Part shown: positions 36,308-50,429 of the stretch, piece by piece
How positions within the stretch are numbered: position 1 is the first letter of the stretch
How the letters are laid out: each line of letters starts with the position of its first letter
Source of the DNA: Adineta vaga
Lineage: Eukaryota; Animalia; Rotifera
Reading direction: 5' to 3'
DNA length: 64,000 nt
Assembly (NCBI GenBank): GCA_021613535.1
Contig: CP075497.1
Coordinates: 13,082,001 to 13,146,000 of the forward strand
The notes under the pieces: generated by a model
Told to the model about the DNA's origin: nothing
The model's input: only the letters and a program-made list of their open reading frames with translations
Database searches by the model: none
Position numbers and translations under genes: made by a program

Positions 36308-38125
36308 ATGATACCACGACATTTTCAATCGATAATACAGAAGAACATCTTCTCACATTGTCATCGTCACTCGAACACATTTTGATGATTTATCTGATGA
36401 AATTCTTCTAATAATATTTCATTATTTATCACCAATTGATGTACTTCAATCATTTTGTAAATATAACGAACGTTCATTTAATTGTATTTGAAAATATCGA
36501 CAAAATATTGATTTAAGTAAATTATCTTATTCAGATTTTCAATATATTCTTCCATTACCTATAAATAAATATTATCAACTAACATCATTAACTATTTGAA
36601 ATAATTAATTCATCAAATTTTATTTCTAATGATATTATTTATCTTTCATTTATTCAATGTTCAAAATTTAATCTATATAATATTAAATTACATTTGAATA
36701 AATTTCCATTCTTAGAATCTTTATGTATTATTTCATCGAAATCCAATGATAATAATAATAAAATAACAACTATTGATTATGATATGATTGAGAAATATCA
36801 TCAATTTTCATCTTATAAATTAATAAAACTTGAATTAAATATAAATAAATGTCTTAAAAGATTAACAATAAATTTGCAAACAATTGATGATCTTATGATT
36901 ATTTTTGATGGATTTATTACCAAATTTAATTTTTCTTAATGTTATCATATGTTCTAAAACGACATATAATCAATCATTTAAATTTGAGAATTATTCAGAT
37001 CGATTAATGTTAAATTTAGTCGAATTTCATTTAGAAACAAATGAAAATATTCTTAAATCACTTAGTTTTTTACAAAAATTAATAATTAATATTAAAAATT
37101 GGTCTAATAAAGATGAAATTTCTTTAAGAAATATTTACCTCAACTTCATTATTTTTATTGTTCAATTCAAACAAAATATACTGATGATATCAAAGTAAGA
37201 AGAAAATCTAAAAATCATTTTTTCTGTACTCAAAAAGTCAGTGCGTGTTCGACCGTCTTTGTTAACACGATAATTTTCGACAGGAAAGTCAGACTGTCAT
37301 GAAAATTTTGTATACAGCTCAATCTCATTAATATCTCAGTCGAATTCAAAGATGAGTCTGTTCGGAAGAACCATTCCTGAGTTATTAGAAATACACCTTT
37401 TTCAGTACATATAACTTTTGGATAAAATCTGAAATTTTCGCATTTATTTATTTAGATTTTTTAAATCATTAGAAAAATCTTGGGCAATATGTTATAATTC
37501 AATATGTAATCATATTTATACAATTCCTTGGTATTTTGAACATTTAAATTTATTAATGTTAGATGAAAATGATTTAGAAAGTATTTGTTTAAATGTTAAA
37601 TATTTAATTGTTGATAAACAAAGTGAAAATCTTTCACAACGTCTTCCAAATATTTAATCTCAACAGAATATATTTCATCTCAAGAACTTCATCAATTTCG
37701 TTCTCTTAAACATTTAATTATCGATAATAAAGAATTAATATTTCCATTTTTATCAAAACATATTAATAAATTAACATTATCAACAAGATTAGAAATATTA
37801 AATCAATCAAATATTTACTTAAATGTTCGACATTTAATTGTAAAAGAGAATGAAATTGATTCATTATTAAAATTAAAAAGTCGTGTTAAATGTTTTCCAA
37901 ATCTTAATTCAATTGAATTAAAATTAAATGAAAATAATAATTGTCTTAATTTGTTACTTGATGGTGAACATTTACCGTATTTATTTTTACTTAAAACAAA
38001 TTGGATTGGAGAATATAGATATTGTTCAAATATTAAAATATGGTTATCTGCTCATACACCTTTGAAATATACACCATTTTCATATTATACAAATAAGGAG
38101 AATAATTGTTTAACTATTGATTTAT
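36308..38125 (+). pseudogene. F-box/LRR pseudogene
   Basis: TRTHFDDLSDEILLIIFHYLSPIDVLQSFCKYNERS F-box followed by LRR-like segments with many stops and frameshifts. Confidence 0.7.
37235..37400. mobile_element. Possible short non-autonomous element in an intron
   Basis: GC-richer insert with motifs (GACCGTC, AAAATTTTGTATACAG, GAATTCAAAGATGAG) reminiscent of DINE/Helentron-like elements. Confidence 0.3.
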
Positions 38126-39876
38126 AATCATTGTCCTTTTTTTCTTCTATTTTTCTCTTCATCTCTGCATAGAATGAAATTCGTACTTTATCATCGTCGT
38201 GTGAACAGAGACAAACAAAGATTTTAATGAAAGGAAACAGTTACTTATGTTTATTGCACTTTATTCGAGAAATTCAATATTTTACTTTCTGCATTTGCAA
38301 ACGATCGGCTAATTAATAAAAGATTTTATTTTGTTCAAAGCTACACTATGCCATCTGCCCATCAATTTTAGCTTCAATGCAACAAACGCGTTAATATAAA
38401 AAGAGAGAGAAAATTAGATATCCGATCTCCTTATATTCTGTTCCATTTCTCTGAATCTCGTTGATTACTTCAATGATACTGCGCTATCACAAATCATTAC
38501 TCGAATTTTCCATCTCAATGCTTTCAGTAAGTAGTGATTTGTTGTGTTTGAACATTTTTAGAAATTTAATCTAAAACTTGTAGAATAATTTTAAATGGCA
38601 AAGAAAAAAAAAAGCAATTTAAGAGATATTATTTTATTATTACAAAGAATGTCTCTCACAGTTAGATAGAAGAGTCCATATTTATAAGAATTATTTTCTC
38701 TATTACATTGTACTCGGGATCGAACATCGGATATGAAATCAAATAAGAGCTAATAAGATTTTATGCAGAGAAGATTCTTTGTCATAGACACGATCATCAT
38801 ATTAATCGAAATCACAATGTTTATTGAACTCTTATATCATAACTCGGAATTTGTTCACATATAATTAACACATTCGATGCAATGAGTCTTACCACGGTGA
38901 TGGACCATATTTTAACAAGAAATTGAATAGAACACATCTTGAGGGTCGAATGCCGTGAAGCACACACCTATTCGATGTCCGCTTTTAATATATATTGGTT
39001 CTCAGAAATCGCTATAAAGCATCAAATCATAGAACAACACTTTCTTTTTCTTTTTTTATCAGACAGAAGGTTGCACTTATACAGTGTGACATCTGCTATC
39101 TGCCTCAGTATTTTTTAAATTATTTATTGCATAGCGTATAATGCTTTTCCTTGAAACAATCAAGACAAAGATCACAATATGAACAGAAAGTTTTTATTTT
39201 CTTTGCTGTTGCATTAATTTCTTCTCTCTGATTTTGTCGTAGCAATCAGAACTGCATCTTCGGACATATCGTGGTCATCATCGAGTTTGTGCTTCGTCTG
39301 ATTTTTAATTGTTATCTCATACCAGATGTTAGCTTTCAAAATAGTGCACCAAGGAGTACAGATCCCATAAGGGTGTTGCAAAGCTGAATAATGATTACTT
39401 CGCTTTTAGTATAGTTTTCCTTGTATATCAAATAGCTATTAACTCTTGTCGTCCCAAAATCAATCCAAATAGCACCTTTCGGTACCATTCTACAGACTAT
39501 CTGAGACTATCATGCAACGAATTGAGTTCACTAAGTGAGCTATAGAGCTCTTTTCTGTATTGGTTTCTTTTATACAAAAGGAGAGAGAAACAATAAATAA
39601 GATTCTACAAAGAAGAGAACGATAAATAGCCAGTAGAACATAATGCAAAGATCAGTCAGTACATTTATTAGAAGTTAAAAATGAATATCTTAAAGAAGTT
39701 TTCTAAGAAAACTGAATCGGATCAAATTTATTATATTTTAACTCATTGTTTTTCTTCTTTAATATTTTAAGTAATTGTGTATTGGTCGTGATGTCCTTGG
39801 AAAGTTGATGGTTTCAAAAGGTGTTTCGATTCCGAAACAAACTATTCTGATTGTTTAGTTCTATTTATTTTTTATC

Positions 39877-42800
39877 ATGAATTTTAAAGCTCTACTTCAT
39901 TGGCTCTATGAATGGTTATCTACTTACAATCTTTTTATACCTGAAACAGATGTGAATGATGATGATCAAGAAGATTCAGTAGCTGTTGTTCGACACCAAA
40001 GATATACTACTTGGTTATACGTTCTTCTCCTTTTGAGTAAGTAAAACGTACATTTGTTTTTGGAAATTAGTATATATAGAAGAAATAAAAATAAAAATAT
40101 CTGATGATTAATCAAGCAAAAAATGATTCTATGATGATTTCAATGAATTTGACCTGTTTTTCTTCTTTTAGTATCACTCTACGTTATTTTCTTCATTTCT
40201 TTCACAAGACCTTATCCTCGAACGATTATTGTTACAGATGTGACACCATCTATCTTCAATGAATTACGTCTGAAATATCCCACAACTCTTTCATGTCCAT
40301 GTTCAAAAACTACAATACCATTTCAAACTTTTGTTTCTAATTCTTTTACATTTCATCCTATTTGTTCGAGTGTTTTCGTTGATCAACAATGGATCGAAGG
40401 ACTGTATTTAATCAATGCAAGTGACTTTGGAGCATTAGACTTTCGTACGACGGCTCATTCTCAGGTAAATGAATAGATGCTATTGAAGAAATCTCTATTT
40501 TCACTAGAAAGAAGTTTTAATTACAACTGGATCAAAAGTTTTAAATGCCTGTCATCTGTGACTACATCCAAAGGAATTTATAATTAGAATTGTACAAAAA
40601 AGATTAATTTATGAAAGACTTCACTAAAATTGTTTTCAGTGATAAATCTATGAGTTTTTATTAGCTCCAAATTGATAAGATATAGAACGTATACTTTTAT
40701 ATCAAGTGTATTGTAAGAATTAATATGTTTACTTTATGGAGACCCCTCCCTATATAACCCCAGACATTGGGAGAAATCGTATTTTTGAATTTCGAACTGA
40801 ACTTTTACCTATAGAGAGATCTGAATTGAACTATAGCTTTCGGAAGAAAACTGAGAAGTTTTTAACACGGTCTTTTTAAGATATAAACTTGTACGATATA
40901 AATCCTTTTTTTTTGGTTTTTATCTGCACCACATGTAATGTCTACAGACAAAAAAATAATTGAAATCAGAAGAAGAAGATGTCGAATGTTTATGTACACC
41001 GATCTCGAATCGTGTCGTCTATGATAAATTGATGAGAGCTCAACTGTCATATCGTCCTAAACCGCAATTGAATCTAACCTTTAACTTTCTATCTAAAATA
41101 TTTTCAGCTTTTCTACAAAAACATCATAACTTATAAGCAAAGAAGACAGATACTAAGCAAATTAAGAACTATCATATGGCTTTTTTTTATAAACTGCTCA
41201 ATTTATTCATTAGAAATGAGATCATTAAGAGTTTGATGGTCATAGTAAAGTAAGTCATTGAGAATTAGAGTTATACAAAAATGTATAGAATTTTCCCGTA
41301 AATCATTGTGATTCGCCGCGTATTCTACTTTAATATTTCTAATTCGAAATAATTCTTTTATTTGACTTTATTTTGATTTAGTTCAAACTTTTATCAAATC
41401 TTTGTTCATATTCTAAAGATACAATATCTCAAGTACAAAATGATCTCAACAATACAGAACTTGTCAGTGTTGATCTTATGTCTGAAGAAAATATTCGAAA
41501 TGAAGTCGATGCCATTGTTGAACTATTGAGGGACAATGTTGCCTCTCATATTCGTTCCTCCTTAACCTATTTAAAAATAATCAATCAAGCAAATTACTTA
41601 ATCACCTCTCTCAATACAAAAGCAATCATTTCATATGATAGTTCTAAACGTGAAATTATCGGTCAATGGCTAATTAATTCTGCTATTTCATTCGAAACAG
41701 GATGGGACACGCCTGCTTGTATCGACATAGTTAAAGTTCCAATTAAAAATGCTACTTTTCTATCACCCATATATTTTAGCCTACTTTCGTTTGAACCTCC
41801 TTTTCTTGCTCCTATTACAATTGTGAACGGGTTCTTTGCAAGTTGCACCACACTTGAAGCACTTCTTCCAAGTACTCTCGATTGTTTATATGATATTAAT
41901 TGTATTGAATTATTGATCGAATACTTTCCATCACTCAGTCAAGTATGTATCTAGATTGATGTATTCCAACGTCAAAAACGACGTCTTAAACGATGTGAAA
42001 CGGCTAGAAATTTCTACTGTGATTGCAGTGGGTGGTGATCGTAAGCCGTGCGTAAATTGAACGATACAGTCTATGTACGACCGTTTACGGTTACTTCACG
42101 GCGTATACAGGTGCTGTTCACTAGTGACGACCTGCGTGAGAGATAGTTTTGATCACGATCATTAATGTTACACTATTTATAGAGTAGAGCTGTGTAGTTT
42201 TCTGAATATCTGACTCGGTAATCATAATTGAGACCAAAAGAAAAAATGCCGGAAGCAAAAATGAGTGATGATGAAGTAGATTTCTACTTCCATACATTTT
42301 CATTTCAACATATTTGTTTTCCGATATTTTTATTCTCGTGTTTACTCCTTACCTCGATTGTGTAAATGATAAGAGAAAAATTCTTATCTAGATGCAATTG
42401 AATTGGACCAATTCTGTTCTACCTGCAAAACAAGAAAATCTATCCTTGGAAGATCATTTACTTAAATTTTTCGTTCAAGAATCGTTAATCAAAATAAACT
42501 ATTTCGATTACTTTAATCAATGTGCTCCCGTATCGCTGCTGTACACTGTCAAGCACAAATCAACTTTTCATATGGACTTACTATGTTAATTAGTTTTTAT
42601 GGTAGTCTCATTATTGTACTTCGTTTTATTACGCCAATAATAACGAATCTCATATTGAAGTTGAAATTCTATTTGACAAACAATCATTTGAATAGAGGTA
42701 ATTTGTTTTGAATATTATCAAAATAAAGTCATTCTAATTTGTAATTTATGTAGGATTTACTGAGAATTGTGGAATATTTTTACACAAATTTCGGTCGTGG

Positions 42801-45800
42801 ATAATAAAGTTGAATTTATTCAAAGAAAAAGAAGCTCGAACAGAAAATGATATAAAAAAACAAAAGATTATTACATATGTCTATTTGATCCTGAACCGGT
42901 ATGTTTACTTCTTTTTTGGTCACTGAAACCTACATCCAAGATAGGTTTTTCGTGGACTTTCTGTTAAAAAAAGATTTTAAATTATGTTATGAGCGATTTG
43001 AGTTGCAGTTCAATAAGATTTCGATTCAAGAAAAAGGGGACTTTGCTCCTACCTTAATCCTTTTCTATGATCTTAAATTCTTAGTTATCATAGATATTCT
43101 AATTTGGAATAGTCATTCAGTTAAAGACACCATTGAATTTTGTAAACCGCAGTTTCTTTTCTTTGTATTACTAGGTGCCATGATTATTGTTCTTCTCTTC
43201 ACTTCTCAAAGTAGTGAAACGACTATGATAACAATAGAAAAACCTTCGTTTACTATGTACAAAGAATTGCAAGCGTCATATTCGAAAACGTTGACATGTC
43301 CCTGTTCTAGCATTAAAATACTTCATCATACATTCATTTCGTTGACTCCAAGATTACATGAAGTGTGTACAAGTGATTTTGTTAGTGATCGTTGGATTTC
43401 AATCTTGAACAAAGTCAAATCAACTCGAATAGCTGCAGACTGGCGTAGTAACGCTTTTTCACAGTTTCAGTTGTTGTCAAGTATTTGTCAACTAGCTAAT
43501 CAAACGATCGAAAATGCTATTACTCACTTTATCAATCAATCCTTCATCAGTTCAAGTGTACTCAATGAAATTGATTTTGATATTCAATTAAATTCAACTC
43601 TCAAACAACTCTATCAATCAACAATCATCTATTTTCGTCTACTGACTGACACAGCACTACTTTTTTTAAAAGTCGATCAGCCGTATGCCGTAATACCACG
43701 AAAGAATACTGAGAATAGCATTAATTTTAATCCAAATCTTGTTGAAAGTATCGTCACGAATGAAATGAACAACGAAACATTAGTAGAGGTATGTCTATTT
43801 TTCAGATGATAAAGAGGGGGAGTTGTTAGGCCACAAAACTCATTTGTCAACCGACTAAAAATGATTATTCTCAAAATTGAACATGAATGCTCGGATTCGG
43901 TGTATATCTATTCACATCCTCAAATTGTTTTAGGCTATGAAGACCTAAAAGGAAGTTTCGTAAATACGATACATCTTTATATTATACAAATAATCGAAGA
44001 AAAATTCGAAAGAAATTAATTTACAGTTTGTAGATTACAATACTACGGATATTATGTGAATATTTCTTAGTATACAACTACCAAGTATTATACTGAGTAT
44101 TCAATCACTGGAATAGATAGAAAAGTCCGTCTGTTGTGATCAAAAAATTACAGAGGAAGCATTGCACCCTCATACCCCGCCCCTCCGCGGTTACGCCACT
44201 CTAGTTCTACATGACAAAAGTGATTTTTTTACTATTCATTGATACACAAACATAGTTTTTTGCTTTGTTTTTTAGTTGGGTTTTCGTTTTACTAACAAAT
44301 ACGATCAATTCCGCATCAATCATTTGCGTTTGTGCTACAAATCCCAATTGTCATAGTGCAGTTGCTATTTACGATGTTTCTCCTGACTATGAAAGTCCAA
44401 TAATCAACATCGATTTCATAGTACCTGGCTGGAATGCAGGTTGTTTTGTTACTGATTTTCTTTCGTTCTCAACACTTGAATGTTTCTATTCGTATTCAAC
44501 TTGTTTATCAACTCTCAATTATCACATAAAAGAAATATACTTTAAAACTGAGCCAAATCCATCATGGTTTGATGTTCGCCCTCTCGTTTACAATCGAATG
44601 TTAAGTCATTTTCCTCCAAACACAACAATTGCAAAGATAATTAAAGATATGATGGTTGAAACATGGAATCCATCGTCTTCATACAATCATTATTATAAAG
44701 CATGTGCACCAAGTTACTGTACTTATTCTCGTGTAATTCGTACAAACGGTGTTATCGATGTGTTTTTAAAACTGATTTCTACGATCGGTGGGATTTCTGT
44801 CTCCTTACGTTTTATCACGCCTAAACTGATCGAATTTGTTGATGCTTTATCGAAGTTTAAGTTTAGACGACGACGACGACAACAACAACAACAACAAGGT
44901 AATTCTAAATATGTTAACAGTATCTTTCAAGAGAAGATTTTACAGTAAAATTAAGCTATAAAATACTGGCAACTCAATGAAAATGATCAAAATTTTGAAC
45001 ATCTCAGTTGAATATCATCATAGATAAAAATAGATCTTCCTATTTCTTATTTATTTGACAAGCATTTACTTCATAAGAATAAAATTTATCGAGTTTTTTA
45101 TTTTTTGTGTACAGTTCGTTTAGGATTGTACGACAGATTGAAAATGATTGTACGGCGTTTGACCACGTTGATGTATACCACTGTCGTTAATTTAAACATC
45201 TTCCTTCTGCGAGATTTTCGAAGTAATATTGATCGAATGACAGCTAATCGACTTGGTCAGTGGGCTACTCGTCTGTACATCGTTTTGTTCACCATCGGTT
45301 TTGCTATTCTCGCATTATATACCACAATTCATCCTCGACTTCTAACGAAAAATTTTGATAAACCGTCTCTCAATCGATATAATCGTCTTGTACATGTTTA
45401 TAAAGATCAATTGGAATGTCCATGTTCACGGATTGCACCTACACACAATAAATATGTTGACATTCAACCAATATTTCATGAGGTAAGAAATTATTATATT
45501 GAGGATCCGACCTCGGAGTCTAAATACTTCCTGAATATTTTCAAGCGAAGTTTCCTCTAAATTTTATTTTGTTTTTCCATGTAAACTATATGTTATAGAA
45601 GAACACATTGAACGCAGTAACATCCAAAAACATACTTTCTATTCGATCAGACCGACGTTTGTTTTCGATTTCTTTTTCTTTTTTCTTGATTATAGATTTG
45701 TTCCAGTCCATTTGCTTCAGATGAATGGAGACAAAATGTCACAATTAATCTTATTCCGGACTTATCTCTTTACGATTTATACGACTATCGCCGTTTTCTC

Positions 45801-48400
45801 TCGGCTCATTTGCAATTTCTTTCTGGTTTATGTGAACTTTCTACTGAATTAATTCAAAACTCTGTCAATCAATTTCTATCGTCAGTACTTGTCACTCGAC
45901 GACTTCTATCAGAAAAAGATTTTCGCACACGTCTTCATGTACAGATTGAACAAAGCAAATCCAATGGTCCTACTACATTTAGTAATCTTTTCTTCTTAAT
46001 TCGAAGTTTATATTATGGAAATAATCTAATGTCCACTTATGGAACAAATTTTCAGTATTTTAAACTTTCAGAATCATTTGAGAATGTTGCATCGATTCGA
46101 ACTATGATTTATGACAATAATTGTAGCTGTGGATTGCATTCAAATTGTACAAGTCAAGCAAGTTTTCTCATAACAAATTCTTCTCATCCTATTGAAATCA
46201 AAGGTTTGAAAATCGGATGCACACCAAGTGAATCATTTCTTGCATCAACTCTCGAATGTTTCTATGATATTTCATGTATTAATCTTATTCAAGAATATAC
46301 AAATTATACAAACAAAGTAAATGTTACAACTATTCCTATTCCTCTTCTCCCGACAATGATCAATCAATCATCGATCAATACTACTATAGCTGAACTTGTC
46401 AACAATCTGTTCATTGAAAATTGGACAACGACAATGAATTATTCATCCTATTTTGAACAATGTTCTCCTGTGTTGTGTTCATATACCTATTTTCAAGAAT
46501 TCAATTCTTTGTACACGATTACTCTTCTGTTTGGTTTACAAGGTGGTCTCACCATCGTTCTCAAATGGATTTCTCCTAAAATAATTCAATATTTAACAAT
46601 AGTATATCAATATCGTCAGAAGAGAAAGAGACGTGTTCAACCTGTTTCCTCTGTCGAAATGATGTCTACCGAGAGTGTTGCTGCAGTTGATTCCACATTG
46701 ATATCTACTAGCACAACATCTCTGTATGTCAATCTTTATTTTCATTTTATTTCTAATGTACAATTGTTTTCTATAGAACGAATTTTCCAGTACGATGTTC
46801 TTTCAAACTTATTTTGAAATGTCTATTACTATTTATTTTATTGACAAGTCTCATTATATTTTCTATTTACTTTCTACGACAAAGAAATAATCAAGATGAT
46901 CTAACAAGTATGAGAATTGTTGAGCATCTTGAGGGTGTGGGTGTGGGTGTTCACAGAAGTTTTCTTTTGAGGAAACCTAAACATATCTTGAAACTCTTTA
47001 CTATAGCTCTCTGGATGAATACGACTATCAATGCAAGTTCAAATACAACAACAACTACTACGGAAAACAAAACAACACCGACTGCAACTATGACAACCTG
47101 TTTTTCAACGAGTGCGTAGATTAAAAATACTTCTTTTCTCGCTTATCATCTTTCTAGTCAATGGGAGAACCAAATCGAAAGTTAACGAGGAAATATTATA
47201 ATTAGACATCATTCTTTTCCCAAATGTATTTAACTTGAACAATGAAAATAACGTCGTTGTTTTTTCTTCTTCTTAGCATCAAGTTGTCAATTAAATTTTC
47301 AATCGATATCAATCGATGTACCTTGCGAACCGGAGTCAAACGTTGTTAGCGATTTCAACGGTGATAGTCGATTAGATATCGCTTTCTGTTGTACTCAAGA
47401 TAATAGCGTCAATATTCTGCTTGGTGATGACAATACAACGTTCAGAATACTGATGAAACATTTTTTAACTGATCGTATAGATCCAGAAGGCATTACCATT
47501 GGTGACTTTGACAATGACAGTAAACTGGATGTTGCCGTTGTTAATCAGCGGAACGATGGTGTGGTTGTAGTCTTTGGCAACGGTGACGGAAGCTTCACAG
47601 CATTAGTAGAGCTTTCAACAAACAAGGATATTACTCAAATTAGTACTACTATTGCTGATTTCAACAATGACACTTATTTGGATATTGCGAGTATTAGTGT
47701 GAAAAGCGTTAGTGTATTTCTTGGAAATGGTGACAGAACGTTTGCAATACCAATGTCATTTTCGATTGGAACGGGTATTCCGTCATCATCACTTGCCGTC
47801 GGTGCCTTCAACAGTGACAAATACTTAGACATAGCTTTTGTGGATTTTTACAAACATCAAATTGGCCTATTATTTGGATATGGTAATGGATCTTTTGCAG
47901 CAAGAAAGACGTTCTTTATCTTAGGTGCTATGTCTCCACTTGAAATGGATATCGGTGATATGAATGGCGACACGTATCTAGACGTTGTTATCTCTAATTG
48001 GCTACAGAACACTATTATCATGATGCACGGATCCGAAGATGGTACTTTGGGTGCACAGAAGAATTGTATCCTAAGTGGTGAATCTATATATCACACAACA
48101 ATTGCTGTTACTGATGTCAATGGTGATGGTCACATGGACGTCGTTCTCGGTAGAATAAGGCCACACGGTGTAATTGTGTTACTTGGACAAGGAAATGGAC
48201 GTTTTGAAGAGCAAACCATATTTACGACTGCTGAATGGAACGATCTACCATTGGAAATTACTATTGGGGATTTAAATAATGATGGTTGTCAAGATATAAT
48301 CGGTACGAATAGCTTTACAACTATTGTGCATATTCTTTTGAACACATGTCAATGCTGCGTGCCAAAGATTCTCGAGAGAACTTCTTTTGTACGTCAATGA
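39877..48400 (+). CDS. Multi-exon membrane protein: three divergent TM-ectodomain-TM modules + extra TM + Thr-rich stalk + FG-GAP repeat domain (at least 2 frameshifts)
   Basis: ATG 39877 (MNFKALLHWLYEW). Module cores LSCPC (about 40290), LTCPC (about 43290) and LECPC (about 45415), each with a STL(E/D)C motif and a C.P..C.Y-type motif before a TM. TM at 46814-46880, NTTTTTTENKTTPT stalk, FG-GAP repeats (GDFDNDSKLD, GDMNGDTYLD, DVNGDGHMD) at 47277-48400. Frame problems near 42530 and 42895. Confidence 0.75.
46925..46950 (+). repeat. Single telomeric arm with the shared terminus, intronic
   Basis: CATCTTGAGGGTGTGGGTGTGGGTGT. Confidence 0.85.
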
Positions 48401-49184
48401 TTCTCATGATACTTTCTTCGACGAAGTTCTTATCTTTACTTTCCAGAAAAATCGCATAAAATTTGTTCTAAAAGGTGCATCTTCAATTTCTTTTCATATA
48501 TATTGATGAGAAAGTATGTGATTTTGAGCAATTCCTCTACTTATACTTTTTATTTCTATTGTCTTATCAAGCTTCTTCTGCTCTTTGTTTTTTCTGATCA
48601 GCTTGTCTGCCAATATTTTCAAAATACAGTGCAATACATAGATACTGCCTTTAAGTCTATGGGTAAAATAATCATCTCAATTTTCTCTAACTATTAATCA
48701 CATGGACACTCTCAGTGAATATGGGTAAGAGATGAGGATTTAAATAATCATAAGAGTGCACAATCATGCTCTATCTAAATACCGTAAGAACGATGCGTGG
48801 CAGCTGCTGGAGGTATCTGACGGATTTCTTCTCGGATTACTCTAGCACACTTGAAAGCCAATGAAAACTTATAAAAATCTTCTATCGGAGATAGTGAGGA
48901 GGTTTATATGTGCTGTTGAGGGTATGTCATACGTTATGGATTCGTATTCAGAGTGGTCTGCTTTAAGGATTTCAAAGTCATATATAAGCAAAAACACAAT
49001 TGGCACAGAATTTGGCGTTTGTCAATATATACCTAAATACTACTGTAAAAATCTATTTATAGCTGAGTATTTTGCTTAAGCAGCAGCACCCACATCCTTC
49101 GAACCATAGCTGACGTTTCGACTTGGGACTCATGTTAAATTCCCTCTTCTCCGTGATTCTATGTTTCGTTTTCAACATATTCAA

Positions 49185-49440
49185 ATCTAAAGTGAGACCT
49201 ATTATTTCTTCGATGCATGGACCAACGAATAATCTATCACATTTCCCAGATCATCTTATACGACCATTATTCGAATATGTAGCAGAACAAACGACATTTA
49301 TCAGTGGTATTGATCTTGTACGAAAATTAGAACAATATTAAGAAAATGGTCGTTTATTACATTTGATGTAACCGATCGATATACAATGATACCAAGAAAT
49401 GGAGCATTAGAGGCATTAGCACGATTTGTGGTTAAAACAT
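49185..49440 (+). mobile_element. Penelope-like (Athena-type) reverse transcriptase fragment
   Basis: KVRPIISSMHGPTNNLSHFPDHLIRPLFE..TTFISGIDLVRKLEQY*ENG, then in a shifted frame TFDVTDRYTMIPRNGALEALARF (RT motifs up to FDxxxLYTxIP). Confidence 0.8.
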
Positions 49441-49491
49441 CGATCAGAGGCAATATTAATAATTAGAAGACTTTCTACTTTTATTTCAAAT

Positions 49492-49525
49492 ACACACCCA
49501 CCCACACCCACACCCACACCCTCAA
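49492..49525 (-). repeat. Single telomeric arm downstream of the Athena RT fragment
   Basis: ACACACCCACCCACACCCACACCCACACCCTCAA. Confidence 0.85.
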
Positions 49526-50429
49526 CTTTCATCATTAACACAAGTCAAAATAAGTTTTATGGCGAATTTCTTAGCAACGATTTGTTATACCAATTCTGTT
49601 ATTTGATTTTATATTTATACTCTAACTGATCAAAAATTTCGTGTCGAATTCAAACGTTGTATTCAATTTGGATTAAATATTATTTTGACAGTGAGTGATA
49701 TAATGCATCGTTTGCCTTTGAGAACTCGAAAAGTATTAAATCAGCATATGAATACAAACACGAGAAAAAATACTGTGCGTCCTATCTAACAATTATAACT
49801 ATTTTATAGACAATCTTTTTTTCTGATGTTTTCATCAATACTCATCGGTGTTAATAAGAGATGCATTTGTGTGTGCATGTGTGCAACTCGATGCGATAGT
49901 TGAAGCATTCTGTGATCGTAATTTTGACCTTGTTCAAAGATTTTATTAAATAGCTGATGTTGTAAAAATAGTTCCTATTATAATGATTTCATTAACAATC
50001 AGAAATTCAGTTTTTCTCTCACATTATCATGATTTGAGACATTTTTACATACAAAATGACAAGTAGAAGATATCCATTTGGGTTTTTTCCAACTTATTAT
50101 TACTTTTGATTACTTTTATCTTAAATCGATAGTTTTAGTGTGCATTTTTTATTATTCATTTGAAGAAATCCTTCTCATTCAATAATGCGATAAGAAAAAT
50201 CGAGTAATCATGTTTATAGACCTATAAACGTTATTTTTTCTTTCATTTTTCTTTCTTTATCTTTGATATATTTTGGATGTGGATGTGCTTGTCTTATACA
50301 ATAGTATATTCACAGCTTTAACTCATATGTGAACATCATCTGCATCTTAATAATCTATCACCATCTATACTCAGATTATAACTTTGATTAATTGCTTTAA
50401 TTTTTGTTCTAGATTCTCAACTATTCGGT

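Noticed and set aside
41955-42135. Intronic GC-richer patches with ACGG/CCGT or GAACC motifs (also 44160-44200 and 58320-58480)
   Set aside because: Probably MITE fragments, but I could not define termini or TSDs.
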